From NCBI GenBank assembly GCA_040399745.1, contig JBBARP010000001.1, positions 1 through 64,000 on the forward strand: 64,000 nt of DNA, written 5' to 3'. The stretch's first letter is position 1. Each line of letters opens with the position of its first letter. Below are positions 9,487 to 20,046 of this stretch, one piece after another. The notes under the pieces were generated by a model. That model saw nothing but the letters and a program-made list of their open reading frames with translations, searched no databases and was not told the DNA's origin. The stretch comes from Bdellovibrionia bacterium. GTDB lineage: Bacteria; Bdellovibrionota; UBA1018. A program made the translations under genes and the position numbers.

Positions 9487-11130
9487 ATGCGATCGATGTC
9501 CCTTTATCGCCGCTTTCTGATGCTCCTGGTTCCGTTGTTCGCCGTGGGAATCTTGACGGACTTCTATACCTGGCAAACGCTGAGCGGCCTGAGTAAAGGC
9601 GTAGGCGATGCGGCAAAGCTTCTCGAACTCTCCTTGCGATCGCGGGTTTATGTCTCCGAAATGGGGAACTCGGTTCGTGGCTTCTTGCTCGATCCGACTT
9701 CGCGTGTGGAGTTGGAGAAAAAAGAGCAAGCCGACGAGGGCAATGAACTGGTCCTGACTGAGCTTCAGAAGCTGAATCTTCCCAGTGAAATCCATACCCT
9801 GATCTCAAAGATGGAAGAGCAGGACCATAAGCGCCTGCACCCTTCCGAAGAAAAAATCATGACCCTGATTGGTGCGGGAAAGCTCCAAGAAGCTCAGCGC
9901 CAGTACGTCATTTTGTATAGCCCGGCGCGCGCTGCTTACGACGAGCTTTCCTCAACTTTGGTGGAACAAGCCACGCGATTTACCCATAGCGAGATTATGC
10001 GCGTTGACGCAGAAACCCGTGCTTCGGCCAAGGCCATCATTTTTGGGCTGAGTTTAGGATTGGCCTTTGTCGGCGCCACGATGCTCTGGCAGGTTCGCCG
10101 GCTGGCAAAGAAGCTTGAAGCCATGGGCGACCAACTGGGTTCAAGTTCTGACCGCTTAGGTTCGGCTGCTCGTCAGATCAACGGGACCAGTGTGGAACTG
10201 GCATCGAGTTCAACCGAGCAAGCAACCGCGCTTCAAGAAACGGTTTCAGCTCTCGACGAAGTGGGCTCGATGGTTTCTAAGAACGCTGAGAACGCACGTT
10301 TGTCTGCACAAGCCGCATCCGAGAACCGTGAAACCGCTCAACAAGGTAAAGAAGCGGTTCAGCAGATGGTTTACTCGATCGAGGAAATCAGCCGCACTCA
10401 CGACGAGATTCTCTCGCACATCGAAGCCAGTAACCGCGAGATCTCCGGCATTGTTCAAGTCATCAATGAGATTGGTCAGAAAACGCGCGTCATTAACGAC
10501 ATCGTGTTTCAGACCAAGCTTCTTTCCTTTAACGCCTCTGTTGAAGCAGCACGCGCCGGTGAGCACGGCAAAGGTTTTGCTGTGGTGGCCGAAGAAGTGG
10601 GCAACTTGGCCCAGCTTTCGGGTAACGCTGCAAAAGAGATTTCTGGAATGCTGGACGCAAGCACCCAGCGGGTTGAGCGCATTGTGAAGGATACCCAGTC
10701 GCGAATCGAACACGTGGTGGCGACCGGAAGAAGTCAGGTTCAATCGGGAACCCAGACCGCGCGTCGTTGCGACGAGGTGCTGGATCTGATCTTGAAATCC
10801 GCTGAAGACATGGCGCGAATGGTTTCTGAGATTTCGGTGGCAAGCCAAGAGCAGGCAACCGGCGTGAAAGAAATCCATAAAGCCATGAGCCAAGTGGACG
10901 AAGTCACTCAGCGCACCAGCACGGCCGCATCTGATAGCGCTGAAAGCGCCACTCACTTGAGCCGTGAAGCCGAGACGCTTTTGGCCCTCGTGGGTTCGAT
11001 GAACCGCACGATCAAAGGCGGAACACGCCCAGCCGCAGGTTCTCCCTTTGCTCCGGGCTTAGGAGTGCCTCACGCTACGCGCGCTGAGACTTCGCCTCAA
11101 GACGAAGCACGTCCCAGCGCTGCAGCTTAA
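9487..11130 (+). CDS. Methyl-accepting chemotaxis protein
   Basis: Two TM segments flank a helical periplasmic domain. Signalling hairpin QTKLLSFNASVEAARAGEHGKGFAVVAEEV is present. GGAGG RBS lies before the ATG at 9487. Confidence 0.95.
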   Translation: MRSMSLYRRFLMLLVPLFAVGILTDFYTWQTLSGLSKGVGDAAKLLELSLRSRVYVSEMGNSVRGFLLDPTSRVELEKKEQADEGNELVLTELQKLNLPSEIHTLISKMEEQDHKRLHPSEEKIMTLIGAGKLQEAQRQYVILYSPARAAYDELSSTLVEQATRFTHSEIMRVDAETRASAKAIIFGLSLGLAFVGATMLWQVRRLAKKLEAMGDQLGSSSDRLGSAARQINGTSVELASSSTEQATALQETVSALDEVGSMVSKNAENARLSAQAASENRETAQQGKEAVQQMVYSIEEISRTHDEILSHIEASNREISGIVQVINEIGQKTRVINDIVFQTKLLSFNASVEAARAGEHGKGFAVVAEEVGNLAQLSGNAAKEISGMLDASTQRVERIVKDTQSRIEHVVATGRSQVQSGTQTARRCDEVLDLILKSAEDMARMVSEISVASQEQATGVKEIHKAMSQVDEVTQRTSTAASDSAESATHLSREAETLLALVGSMNRTIKGGTRPAAGSPFAPGLGVPHATRAETSPQDEARPSAAA

Positions 11131-11140
11131 GTGCAGTGCT

Positions 11141-13534
11141 TCACCCCACTACGAAGTTCATGATCTTGTTCGGGACGAAGATCACTTTCTTCACCGTCTT
11201 GCCGGCCATTTGGCTTTGAACAGGTCCGAGTGCCAGGGCTAGTTTTTCCACGGTGGCTTGATCCGCGCCGGGCTCGACTTCGACGGTACCGCGGGTTTTC
11301 CCCAGCACCTGGATGGCAATCGTGATTTGGTCGTCTTTGGCAAGATTCGGGTCAAAGCTCGGCCAAGGCGAATGCTGAAGGTTCTTTTGTCCCAGAATTT
11401 CCCACAGCTCTTCAGCCAAGTGCGGCGCAAACGGATGCAGGCACTGAACAAAAGGCAGCATGCACTCGCGCGGGCGACGCCCTTGCTTGGTGAAGTGGTT
11501 CACAAAAACCATCATCGTGCTGATCGCGGTATTGAAGCGAAGGCCCACGATGTCTTCAGTCACTTTCTTGATGGTCTTGTGGGTGATCTTTTGGTCTTCG
11601 TCAGTCGCCTGGGCCTCTGGTTGCTCGGTGACCAAACGGAAGGCGCGCTGGGCAAAGCGGAACACCCCTTCAATGGCTTTCGTGTCCCAAGGCTTATCGC
11701 GCTCCAGCGGCCCCATGAACATTTCATAGAGGCGAAGCGTGTCGGCGCCGTACTCTTTCACCACGTCGTCGGGGTTAATGACGTTACCCCGGGACTTCGA
11801 CATTTTTTCGCCGTCCTCACCTTGGATCATTCCTTGGTGAACGAGCTTTTGGAAAGGCTCGTCGTGGGTGACTAGGCCGCAATCAAACAGGACCTTGGTC
11901 CAGAAGCGCGCGTAGAGCAGGTGCCCGACGGCGTGTTCCGGGCCACCCAAGTAAAGGTCCACCGGCATCCAGTACTTTTCAGCTTCCGGTGAAAACGGTG
12001 CGCCCGCGTTGCGCGGATCAATGTAGCGAAGGAAATACCAGCTTGAGCCGGCCGATCCGGGCATCGTGTCGGTTTCGCGGCGCAGTTTTTCGCCCTTCCC
12101 ACCCGTCTGGTTCACCCAGTCGGTGATGGCGCCCAAGGGGCTTTCGCCCGTGCCGGTGGGTTCGTAGCTTTTCACGTCCGGCAAAGCGACGGGCAAGGCT
12201 TCATATCCGACTGCAATCGAAGCTCCCGCTTCGTCGTGCAGAATCGGGAACGGCTCACCCCAGTAACGCTGACGCGAGAACAGCCAATCGCGAAGCTTGT
12301 ACTGAATGGTGCGCTTCCCAAAGCCTTTTGCTTCGGCGTGCTCAATGACGGCTGCAATGGCCTTGGCGGTGGGAAGCCCATCGACAAAGCCCGAGTTCAT
12401 GGCCACGCCATGACCCGTGAAGCAAGCGTCGGTATTGCCTTCTGGCGCCTTCACGACCAAGCGGATCGGGAGGTCGAACTTTTTGGCAAATTCATGATCG
12501 CGCTCATCGTGCGCCGGAACCGCCATGATGGCGCCCGTGCCGTAGCCCATCATCACGTAGTCAGCGACCCAAATGGGCGCGCGCTCGCCGGTGAAGGGAT
12601 TCAGAGCGTAAGCGCCGGTGAAAGCGCCCGTCTTCTCTTTGGACTGATCCTGGCGGGCAATTTCGCTCTTTTGTGATGCTTCGCTTCGGTAAGCGTCCAC
12701 GGCCGCTTTTTGGGCTGCGTTTGTGATTTTTTCGACCAGCGGATGCTCGGGCGCAAGTACCAGGTAAGTGGCGCCAAAAATCGTGTCCGGGCGGGTGGTG
12801 AAAATCTCGATCTGCTCTTTTTCGCCTTCAATCACGAATCGGCACTGAAGCCCTTCGCTTCGGCCAATCCAGTTTCTTTGAAGCTCTTTCGTGCTTTCCG
12901 GCCAATCTACTTTGTCTAGGTCCCGAAGCAGCCGCTCGGCGTATTCGGTGATTTTCAGCATCCACTGCTTCATCGGCACGCGGTAGACCGGGTGTCCGCC
13001 GCGTTCTGATTTTCCGTCGACCACTTCTTCGTTGGCCAAAACGGTTTTCAGGGCCGGGCACCAGTTCACAGGGACTTCTTTTCGGTAGGCCAAGCCCTTT
13101 TCGAAAAGCTTCAAGAAGATAAACTGAGTCCACTTGTAATAGTCGGGCGAGCAGGTGGAGATCTCTCGGCTCCAGTCGTAGCTGAAACCGAGCATCTTCA
13201 GTTGGCGACGGAAAGTCTCGATCGCAGAAGAAGTCGTGACGTTCGGATGAACGCCTGTTTTTAGCGCGTATTGCTCTGCCGGAAGTCCGAACGCGTCCCA
13301 GCCCATAGGGTGAAGCACGTTGAAGCCCTGAGCGCGCTTGAAGCGGGCCAGAATATCGGTGGCCGTGTAGCCTTCGGGGTGACCTACGTGCAGGCCCGAG
13401 CTCGACGGGTAGGGGAACATGTCCAAGATGTAGTATTTGGGCTTCTTGGAAGTGTGATCTTCCGTGCGGAACGTTTGTTCGCGTTCCCAGAATTCCTGCC
13501 ATTTGGACTCGATTGTCTGCGGTTCGTAGGCCAT
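11141..13534 (-). CDS. leuS: Leucyl-tRNA synthetase
   Basis: MFPYPS...GLHVGH (HIGH-like), KMSKS, TTRPDT editing motif and SRQRYWG. Confidence 0.97.
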   Translation of the reverse strand: MAYEPQTIESKWQEFWEREQTFRTEDHTSKKPKYYILDMFPYPSSSGLHVGHPEGYTATDILARFKRAQGFNVLHPMGWDAFGLPAEQYALKTGVHPNVTTSSAIETFRRQLKMLGFSYDWSREISTCSPDYYKWTQFIFLKLFEKGLAYRKEVPVNWCPALKTVLANEEVVDGKSERGGHPVYRVPMKQWMLKITEYAERLLRDLDKVDWPESTKELQRNWIGRSEGLQCRFVIEGEKEQIEIFTTRPDTIFGATYLVLAPEHPLVEKITNAAQKAAVDAYRSEASQKSEIARQDQSKEKTGAFTGAYALNPFTGERAPIWVADYVMMGYGTGAIMAVPAHDERDHEFAKKFDLPIRLVVKAPEGNTDACFTGHGVAMNSGFVDGLPTAKAIAAVIEHAEAKGFGKRTIQYKLRDWLFSRQRYWGEPFPILHDEAGASIAVGYEALPVALPDVKSYEPTGTGESPLGAITDWVNQTGGKGEKLRRETDTMPGSAGSSWYFLRYIDPRNAGAPFSPEAEKYWMPVDLYLGGPEHAVGHLLYARFWTKVLFDCGLVTHDEPFQKLVHQGMIQGEDGEKMSKSRGNVINPDDVVKEYGADTLRLYEMFMGPLERDKPWDTKAIEGVFRFAQRAFRLVTEQPEAQATDEDQKITHKTIKKVTEDIVGLRFNTAISTMMVFVNHFTKQGRRPRECMLPFVQCLHPFAPHLAEELWEILGQKNLQHSPWPSFDPNLAKDDQITIAIQVLGKTRGTVEVEPGADQATVEKLALALGPVQSQMAGKTVKKVIFVPNKIMNFVVG

Positions 13535-13595
13535 GTCAGTGCCTATAGCAAAGGCTTCCCAAGGAGACGAGGCCTGGATTAAGGTCCGGGTGCGC

Positions 13596-14084
13596 ATGAA
13601 TTCAGAAAAATCAGGCCCATCGACGGTCGCTCTCCAAGTTCAGTACGCCCCGCACAGCACTTGCTTTGGGTGCGGTCCGGCAAATCCCCAGGGGCTTCAC
13701 GTTCAGAGCGTGCCTCAGGCCTCGGGCGAAGTGACGGCTTCGTTTCAGCCCATGCCTCACCACGAAGCGTTCCCTGGAATGCTGAACGGGGGAATCATCG
13801 GCGCGATTCTCGATTGCCACTGCAACTGGACGGCGGCTTACCACTTGATGAAGCAGTCGGGCGCCGATCATCCGCCCTGCACCGTCACGGCCGAATACAC
13901 CATTCAGCTGAAGCGCCCGACGCCGACGAACGCGCCCGTCCTGCTATCGGCCCGAGTGGTCGATTCGAAAGACGACCGCGCCACCATCGAGGCAACCCTA
14001 ACGGCCGGCGGAAAAGTGACTGCCACTTGCCGAGGTGTGTTTGTGGCCGTGAAACCCGGCCACCCGGCCTACCATCGCTGGTAG
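13596..14084 (+). CDS. PaaI-family (hotdog-fold) thioesterase
   Basis: [12 protein letters not shown] motif and [13 protein letters not shown]. Confidence 0.85.
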   Translation: MNSEKSGPSTVALQVQYAPHSTCFGCGPANPQGLHVQSVPQASGEVTASFQPMPHHEAFPGMLNGGIIGAILDCHCNWTAAYHLMKQSGADHPPCTVTAEYTIQLKRPTPTNAPVLLSARVVDSKDDRATIEATLTAGGKVTATCRGVFVAVKPGHPAYHRW

Positions 14085-14094
14085 ACTGAAAAGC

Positions 14095-15150
14095 GTGCCT
14101 AAATACCGCCGCGGCGAGGACGGTTTCCTCGACGATCAGAAGCATCGAAAGCAAGTGTCGCGAAAAGGGGCGAAGCGCTCGGTCGAGACGCGTGCTCGTT
14201 TCCTTTCGGCTGAAGAATCAAACGCCACCGTGGCCGAAGTGTTTCCCAATCAATGTCGCATTCGCTGGGATGAAGCGCATCTCGCCCCGGGCGCCCCACG
14301 CGAGGTCCTAGCCGCTTACCGGCGCGCTACGGTGCTTCGCAAAGGCGAGGCGCTTCGCGAGCGCGCCCCGGTGGCCGTGGGCGACCGGGTGAAAGCCGAG
14401 CGCGTGGGCGACACCGCGATTGTGGCAGGACTATGTGAGCGCCGAAACCGCCTGCTTCGCCCGGCACCCGAGCGCGAGGCGGTGGTGCACGTGATTGTGG
14501 CCAATGTGGACCGCCTGGCCATTGTCGATTCAGCTATGCAGCCGGATTTTTCACCGGGCCTAGTCGACCGTATTTTGGTGGCAGCGGCCGCGCAGGGAAT
14601 TGATCCCCTGATTGTGGTCAATAAGATGGACCTTTGGCAGGGCAAGGACGAGCCTGCGCCTTGGCAAATGTACCGGGACCTGGGCTTTGAAGTGGTCGAA
14701 GTCTGCGCCAAAGAGGGTCGCCCCGGGTTTTCGGCGCTCTCGACCCTTCAGGAAAAGCTTCAAGGCCTTTGCGTGGCGTTTTGCGGCCACTCGGGGGTGG
14801 GTAAAACGAGCTTATTGAACACTTTGACCGGCGGTCAGGTGGGTGAAGAAGGCACGGTCAGCGATGTGACCGGAAAGGGCCGACACACCACCAGTTCTGC
14901 CGTTTTGCTCGATGGTCCGGGAGAAGGGACCCTTTGGATCGATACCCCGGGGGTCCGCGAATTCGGTCTTTCGGATGTCGATCCCGATCGCCTGCATGAA
15001 TTTTTCCCGGAATTTTCACAACCCCAGAAGTTGGGCTGCGTTCAGGCAGATTGCCGACATTCCGAAGAAGAAGGCTGCGGAGCCCACGGGCTAGCCCGTT
15101 ACGGGAGTTATCGTCGCATCCGGGATTCCTTGCTGAGCGGCGAAGGCTGA
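14095..15150 (+). CDS. rsgA: Ribosome small subunit-dependent GTPase A
   Basis: Circularly permuted GTPase motifs NKMD, GHSGVGKTS, GKGRHTT and DTPGVR, plus a C-terminal Cys/His zinc site. Confidence 0.93.
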   Translation: MPKYRRGEDGFLDDQKHRKQVSRKGAKRSVETRARFLSAEESNATVAEVFPNQCRIRWDEAHLAPGAPREVLAAYRRATVLRKGEALRERAPVAVGDRVKAERVGDTAIVAGLCERRNRLLRPAPEREAVVHVIVANVDRLAIVDSAMQPDFSPGLVDRILVAAAAQGIDPLIVVNKMDLWQGKDEPAPWQMYRDLGFEVVEVCAKEGRPGFSALSTLQEKLQGLCVAFCGHSGVGKTSLLNTLTGGQVGEEGTVSDVTGKGRHTTSSAVLLDGPGEGTLWIDTPGVREFGLSDVDPDRLHEFFPEFSQPQKLGCVQADCRHSEEEGCGAHGLARYGSYRRIRDSLLSGEG

Positions 15151-15168
15151 AGCATAAGAGAACACGCG

Positions 15169-16425
15169 ATGTTGAAAAAAAATCCGGCTTCTCCTCCGAA
15201 ATTGGCGGCCTTCGAGGCCCTCTGGAAGGAGCTCTTTAGTTCCCCCATTCATTTAGACTCGGCCCTGAGCAAAGCTTCGCGCCTTCATAAAAGCGCGCTG
15301 GCTCAGGCGGTTCCTCCTATTTTGCTTCGTCCCACCAGTCTTGCCGAGGCAGCCGGTGTGGGCGTGGCTCCGGGCGAGCCCTGGACCCTGGCTCCTGAAG
15401 CACTCCAAGATTGGGCGCCGGCGCGAAGCATGGCTGCGCGCATTTTAGACGGTGCGCTCGAACCCAGACGCGTTCCGCGCTCGAGCCTCAGCGATTTTCC
15501 GGTTCCGATGATCGAGGATTGGACGCGCGACTGGGGTCCGAAAGTAGCAGAAGTCCTGGCTGAGAACTTGGGTGTTGAGCCCCCGCTTTCCGTCCGCGTG
15601 AAGCAGGAAGTGGGCGCGGAGGCTTTGAAAAAAGACTGGAGCCCGCAGCTCCCGGTGAAAGTGAGCGTCTCGGACCTTTCGCCCGTGGGCGTTCGCTTGG
15701 CCAGTTACGCTCCGATTTTGAATTCCGAAGCTTCCGAGCGTGGGGATTTTGAAATCCAGGACGAAGGCTCGCAAGTGATGGCGGTTTTTGCGCTCTGGCC
15801 TGAAAAAGTGGCGCACCTTCTGAGCCCCGTGCCGGGCCCAGTGAAGTCTGCTGGTAAAGCAGTGCAGCTTCCCGAATCCGCACCGGCTTGGACGGTGGTG
15901 GATACTTGCGCAGGAGCCGGCGGAAAAACTTTGGCCTTGGCTGACTTGTTGTCAGGCAAAGGCCGCGTCTACGCTTACGATACCTCTCCGAGAAAGCTTC
16001 AGGCGCTGAGGCGTCGTGGCAAGCGCGCCGGTGTGAACAACATTCAGGCCGTGGCTTTGACCGAAGGGAAAGAATCCGAAACCGTGAAACGTTTCCGCCG
16101 CAGGGCTCAGGCCGTTTTGGTCGACGCTCCTTGTTCCGGTTGGGGTGTTCTTCGTCGGAATCCTGACATCAAGTGGCGCCAGGATCCCGAGACGTTGACC
16201 CGGATGCCTGAAATTCAAAAGCGGCTGCTCGCTCTTTATTCCGATCTGGTCGCTCCCGGTGGGCTTCTGACTTTTGGTGTGTGCACGTTCCGCCGCGCCG
16301 AGACGATCGATATCGTGGAAGCTTTTCTGAAAGAGCGTCCTGACTTTGAAAAAGGTCCGGGTGGATTCTTAGGTCCTTCGCCTTGCGATGGATTCTTCAT
16401 GCAGTCGTTCCGAAGGAAGGCATGA
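15169..16425 (+). CDS. RsmB/NOP2-family RNA m5C methyltransferase
   Basis: QDEGSQ, DTCAGAGGKT and DAPCSGWGVLRRNPDIKW motifs. Confidence 0.9.
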   Translation: MLKKNPASPPKLAAFEALWKELFSSPIHLDSALSKASRLHKSALAQAVPPILLRPTSLAEAAGVGVAPGEPWTLAPEALQDWAPARSMAARILDGALEPRRVPRSSLSDFPVPMIEDWTRDWGPKVAEVLAENLGVEPPLSVRVKQEVGAEALKKDWSPQLPVKVSVSDLSPVGVRLASYAPILNSEASERGDFEIQDEGSQVMAVFALWPEKVAHLLSPVPGPVKSAGKAVQLPESAPAWTVVDTCAGAGGKTLALADLLSGKGRVYAYDTSPRKLQALRRRGKRAGVNNIQAVALTEGKESETVKRFRRRAQAVLVDAPCSGWGVLRRNPDIKWRQDPETLTRMPEIQKRLLALYSDLVAPGGLLTFGVCTFRRAETIDIVEAFLKERPDFEKGPGGFLGPSPCDGFFMQSFRRKA

Positions 16426-17426
16426 GCGGGAGTGGCGACCGTGAGCCGGCGCATCGGCTGGCAGTCGAAGGGCTCAAAAGATTGGCTCAAGCCGGGTTCG
16501 CGGGGCGCTTTGCGCTGAGGGCAATTTCCGGTGGTTCGCCCAGTCGTCCTGTCTCGGTTCTTGGGATGGAGTTTTCTTCCCGAGTCGGGCTTGCGGCAGG
16601 TTTCGATAAGGATGCGGAATTAGTCACAGCGTTACCCGAGCTTGGTTTTGGTTTTGCCGAGATTGGTACCGTCACGCCGCGCCCGCAGGCAGGAAATCCT
16701 CGGCCCAGGTTGTTTCGATCCCTACCCGAGCAGGCTCTCTTTAACCGCATGGGCTTTAATAACGGGGGAGCGCAAGCGGCGGCAGACCGTTTGGCCAAGG
16801 CCAGAAACTCAGGCCGGGTTCCTGACACCTTCCGCGTGGGCGTGAACGTGGGGAAGAACAAGGACACTTCTGCCGAGCAGGCGCATGAAGACTATGTCGC
16901 AGCCCTAAAACCTTTCCGTGGGCTTGCCGATTACGCGGTGATCAACGTCAGTTCTCCCAATACGCCGGGCCTTCGTGCTTTGCAGACGGTCGAGGCGCTG
17001 AAGCCCATTGTCCAAAGCGTTCTTTCGGAAGTTGCAGGCTGGGAAAAAGCTCCGCCCGTTCTTCTGAAGCTTGCACCTGAAGTGCAAGGCCAGGCGCTTC
17101 ACGAGTTGGTTCATTCGGTCGAAGCCTGGGGGATTGCCGGTTGGGTGCTGACCAACACGCAAGCAGGCGAGTGGCAGGTGGGAAGCGAGCGCTTACCGGG
17201 GGGTTGGAGTGGTTTGCCCGTTCACGATGCATCCGTTGCGAGCTTAAAAGCAGTTCGAAGCATTTCTCAGCGCCCCATCATCTCGGTCGGAGGCATCCTG
17301 GAAGTGAAGGATGCGGCTGAGCGCATCGAACTGGGGGCGGATTTGATCCAAATTTACTCGGGATGGGTGCTTCGAGGCCCCCGATTCCCTGGAAAGTTGG
17401 TTCGCGGGCTGCCTTCAAGCCCCTGA
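16422..17426 (+). CDS. pyrD: Quinone-dependent dihydroorotate dehydrogenase (class 2)
   Basis: [32 protein letters not shown] and [11 protein letters not shown]. The start codon is uncertain. Confidence 0.93.
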   Translation: MSGSGDREPAHRLAVEGLKRLAQAGFAGRFALRAISGGSPSRPVSVLGMEFSSRVGLAAGFDKDAELVTALPELGFGFAEIGTVTPRPQAGNPRPRLFRSLPEQALFNRMGFNNGGAQAAADRLAKARNSGRVPDTFRVGVNVGKNKDTSAEQAHEDYVAALKPFRGLADYAVINVSSPNTPGLRALQTVEALKPIVQSVLSEVAGWEKAPPVLLKLAPEVQGQALHELVHSVEAWGIAGWVLTNTQAGEWQVGSERLPGGWSGLPVHDASVASLKAVRSISQRPIISVGGILEVKDAAERIELGADLIQIYSGWVLRGPRFPGKLVRGLPSSP

Positions 17427-17432
17427 AAAAGC

Positions 17433-17463
17433 AAAAGCCCCGGGCCGAGGCCCAGGGCTTTTT
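17433..17463. terminator. Bidirectional intrinsic terminator
   Basis: AAAAGCCC-CGGGC-CGAG-GCCCA-GGGCTTTTT lies between the convergent pyrD and microprotein genes. Confidence 0.85.
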
Positions 17464-17486
17464 CACAACAAAAGAAGAAAGAAGAA

Positions 17487-17561
17487 TTACTTCTTCTTGG
17501 CTTTTTTAGCGGCTTTCTTCTTGGTGGTCTTCTTCTTGGTGGCTTTTTTCTTGGTCGCCAT
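17487..17561 (-). CDS. 24-aa lysine-rich microprotein MATKKKATKKKTTKKKAAKKAKKK
   Basis: Translated by hand from ATG to TAA. It has a GGAGGA RBS, a candidate upstream promoter and a downstream terminator. It is too short for the ORF track. Confidence 0.8.
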   Translation of the reverse strand: MATKKKATKKKTTKKKAAKKAKKK

Positions 17562-17614
17562 TTTTGTTTCCTCCGTTGAGCTGTGACCTCGAGTGGTCAC
17601 TGCTTGATAACTCG

Positions 17615-17642
17615 ATGTTACATCCAATTTCGTTCAGATCAA
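17615..17642 (-). promoter_or_regulatory. Candidate sigma70 promoter of the microprotein gene
   Basis: TTGATC-N16-TAACAT on the minus strand. Confidence 0.5.
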
Positions 17643-17648
17643 GAAAAT

Positions 17649-17667
17649 GTGTCGAAATTTTCGACAC
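17649..17667. promoter_or_regulatory. Perfect palindrome, probable transcription-factor site
   Basis: GTGTCGAAA-T-TTTCGACAC in a divergent intergenic region. Confidence 0.6.
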
Positions 17668-17733
17668 TCTTTCATCGATTCATGAGTGCACGTCGCCTTG
17701 CGTGGTGACCAACGTTGAGCAATAAGGAATTCG

Positions 17734-20037
17734 ATGAACACGAAAAATTCCGGAACGCCGCCACTAGAGCCGCGAGAGCGACGCAAGCGTCGTCGCGAGC
17801 TGACGTTCATCGGAGTTCTCACCACTCTGTTCGTACTTCTCTCGGTGGCAGAAATTCGTCTCAGCACCCTGTCGACCACCCTGCCTTTCGTGAACTCGAT
17901 CTTCTTTTTCGGGCTGCTGAACATCAATCTCATCATTTTGGTCGGGGTGGTTTGGCTCGTTTTTCGAAATGTGGGGAAGGTTTTCCTCGAAAGAAGGCGC
18001 CGCGTTCTGGGTTCGGCGCTGAAATCGAAGCTCGTCGTCGCGTTCTTGGGCTTCTCGGTCATCCCGACGCTCATCTTGTTCGCCATTTCGGCGGCCTACA
18101 TCAACTCGAGCTTCGATAAATGGTTCTCGATCAAGGTTCAGAACACACTTCAAGCCTCTCTGGACATCACGCGCGCCTATTATCGAAGCACCGATCAGTC
18201 GGCGATGCACTTTGCCGAGCAGTTGGCAGCCAGTACGCGTCGCTTGTTGGCAAGTGGAGTGCGCCCCGCAGCGCTCGCGCATCATCTGGAAGAGCAGCGC
18301 GCCCTATTGGCGCTCGATGCAGTGGAGTACTACCCCGATCTTCTCGATGAACGGTTGCTGGTGAGTCGAACCGGCACCGAGGGGGATCCGGTTCATTATC
18401 CCAGGCTGAGCTTGGATCTCTTGCGGCGCGCCCAGGGCGGCGAGCGCGTCTCGGTGGTCGAGCACGTCGGGAGTGGCGATTTGATTCGTTGCTTGGTGCC
18501 GGTGGCTCGCGGGGTTCGCCCGGGAGTGGGCCTGCTGGTCGTCAATGCGTACATTCCGGTCAGCCTCGTGAACAAAGTGGACGAGGTGGCCAGCGTTTTT
18601 GACGATTATAAAGACGTCAACCCGCTGAAGTACCCCATGAAGACCATGTACCTCGTCATTCTGGTCATGATCACCTTGGTGGTGCTCTTTGTTGCCATCT
18701 GGTTTGGCCTGTACCTAGCGCGCCAGCTCACCGAGCCGATTCAAAAGTTGGTGATCGGCGCCGAAGAGGTGGGTCGCGGGAACTTGGATGTGACGATTCC
18801 GGGTTCGGGGCAGGACGAAATTCGGGTGCTCGTGGATTCCTTCAACCGAATGACCCACGACCTTCGAGATAATCGCGAGCGCCTGCAACAGACTTCGGCA
18901 GATCTAGAGAAGCGGCGCCTTCAACTCGAAGCCGTTCTTGCGAACGTTGGAACGGGCGTCATCGTGGTGGATCGGCAGGGTCAGATTACGGTTTATAACC
19001 GCGCGGTCTCGGGTCTGCTTCAAGCGCAGCCGGCGCAAATGTTAGGCAGAAGTTACCGAGACGCGCTGGTGGGCCCCGCGGAACCTTTAGTCGCAGTCAT
19101 CGACGAAGTGCTCTCGACGCAACTTCCAGCCTCTGCCGAGCGATTGCCCGAGGTGGTGCACTGGAATCGCCATGGCACTGAAGGCGAAAACCGAGCACTC
19201 ACGGCTGTGGTCACTCCCCTTCGGGACGTCGGCGGCGAGCTGCCGTGGGGTGCGGTCGTGGTGATCGACGACATGACGGCATTGATCAAAGCCCAGCGCG
19301 AGACCGCATGGCGGGAAGTGGCCCGGAGGATTGCGCACGAGATTAAAAACCCCCTGACACCGATCAAACTCTCGGCTCAGCGCCTGCAAAGGCGGCTGTC
19401 TGACATTCAGGGGCGCGACGGCGAATTGCTTCGCGAGTGCACCGACACCATTGTTCGGCATACGGACGAGTTGAAAGAGATGGTCAACGAGTTCTCCGCC
19501 TTTGCCCGTTTTCCGGAAGTGTCGCCTGCTCCGAGCGACCTGAACGAAGCAGCCCGAGAAGTGGTGCGCCTTTACGAGACGGCTCATCCTTCCATTCAGT
19601 TTGAGCTGAAGCTCGAACCCAAAATGCCGATTTTTGAGTTTGATCGCGATCAAATCAAGCGCGTGCTGATTAACCTTTTAGACAATGCCGTGACGGTCCT
19701 GTCCCAGGTACCGCGAGGTGCCCTGCGGCGGGTGACTTTAGAGAGTCATCATAATTTAGACCTGCAAATGGCTGTCTTGACCGTTCAGGACACAGGGCCT
19801 GGGATCAGTGATGAAGTTCGCAGCCGGGTCTTTGAACCTTATTTTTCGACCCGAAAAGAGGGCACGGGCCTAGGGCTCGCCATCTGTAAGCGCATCGTGA
19901 ACGATCATGATGGCTTCATTCGCGTGTCGTCAGCGCCCGGCCAAGGAACCCAGTTTTCCATTGAGCTTCCTACGTCGATCCGACATGGTTTGGCGGAGGC
20001 GGGCTCACTTTCCTCTGAACTTCCGGAGAAGCCTTAG
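17734..20037 (+). CDS. NtrY-like sensor histidine kinase (TM-HAMP-PAS-HisKA-HATPase)
   Basis: AWREVARRIAHEIKNPLTPIKLSAQRL H-box and GTGLGLAI G2 box. Confidence 0.92.
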   Translation: MNTKNSGTPPLEPRERRKRRRELTFIGVLTTLFVLLSVAEIRLSTLSTTLPFVNSIFFFGLLNINLIILVGVVWLVFRNVGKVFLERRRRVLGSALKSKLVVAFLGFSVIPTLILFAISAAYINSSFDKWFSIKVQNTLQASLDITRAYYRSTDQSAMHFAEQLAASTRRLLASGVRPAALAHHLEEQRALLALDAVEYYPDLLDERLLVSRTGTEGDPVHYPRLSLDLLRRAQGGERVSVVEHVGSGDLIRCLVPVARGVRPGVGLLVVNAYIPVSLVNKVDEVASVFDDYKDVNPLKYPMKTMYLVILVMITLVVLFVAIWFGLYLARQLTEPIQKLVIGAEEVGRGNLDVTIPGSGQDEIRVLVDSFNRMTHDLRDNRERLQQTSADLEKRRLQLEAVLANVGTGVIVVDRQGQITVYNRAVSGLLQAQPAQMLGRSYRDALVGPAEPLVAVIDEVLSTQLPASAERLPEVVHWNRHGTEGENRALTAVVTPLRDVGGELPWGAVVVIDDMTALIKAQRETAWREVARRIAHEIKNPLTPIKLSAQRLQRRLSDIQGRDGELLRECTDTIVRHTDELKEMVNEFSAFARFPEVSPAPSDLNEAAREVVRLYETAHPSIQFELKLEPKMPIFEFDRDQIKRVLINLLDNAVTVLSQVPRGALRRVTLESHHNLDLQMAVLTVQDTGPGISDEVRSRVFEPYFSTRKEGTGLGLAICKRIVNDHDGFIRVSSAPGQGTQFSIELPTSIRHGLAEAGSLSSELPEKP

Positions 20038-20046
20038 GTCCTTTTT

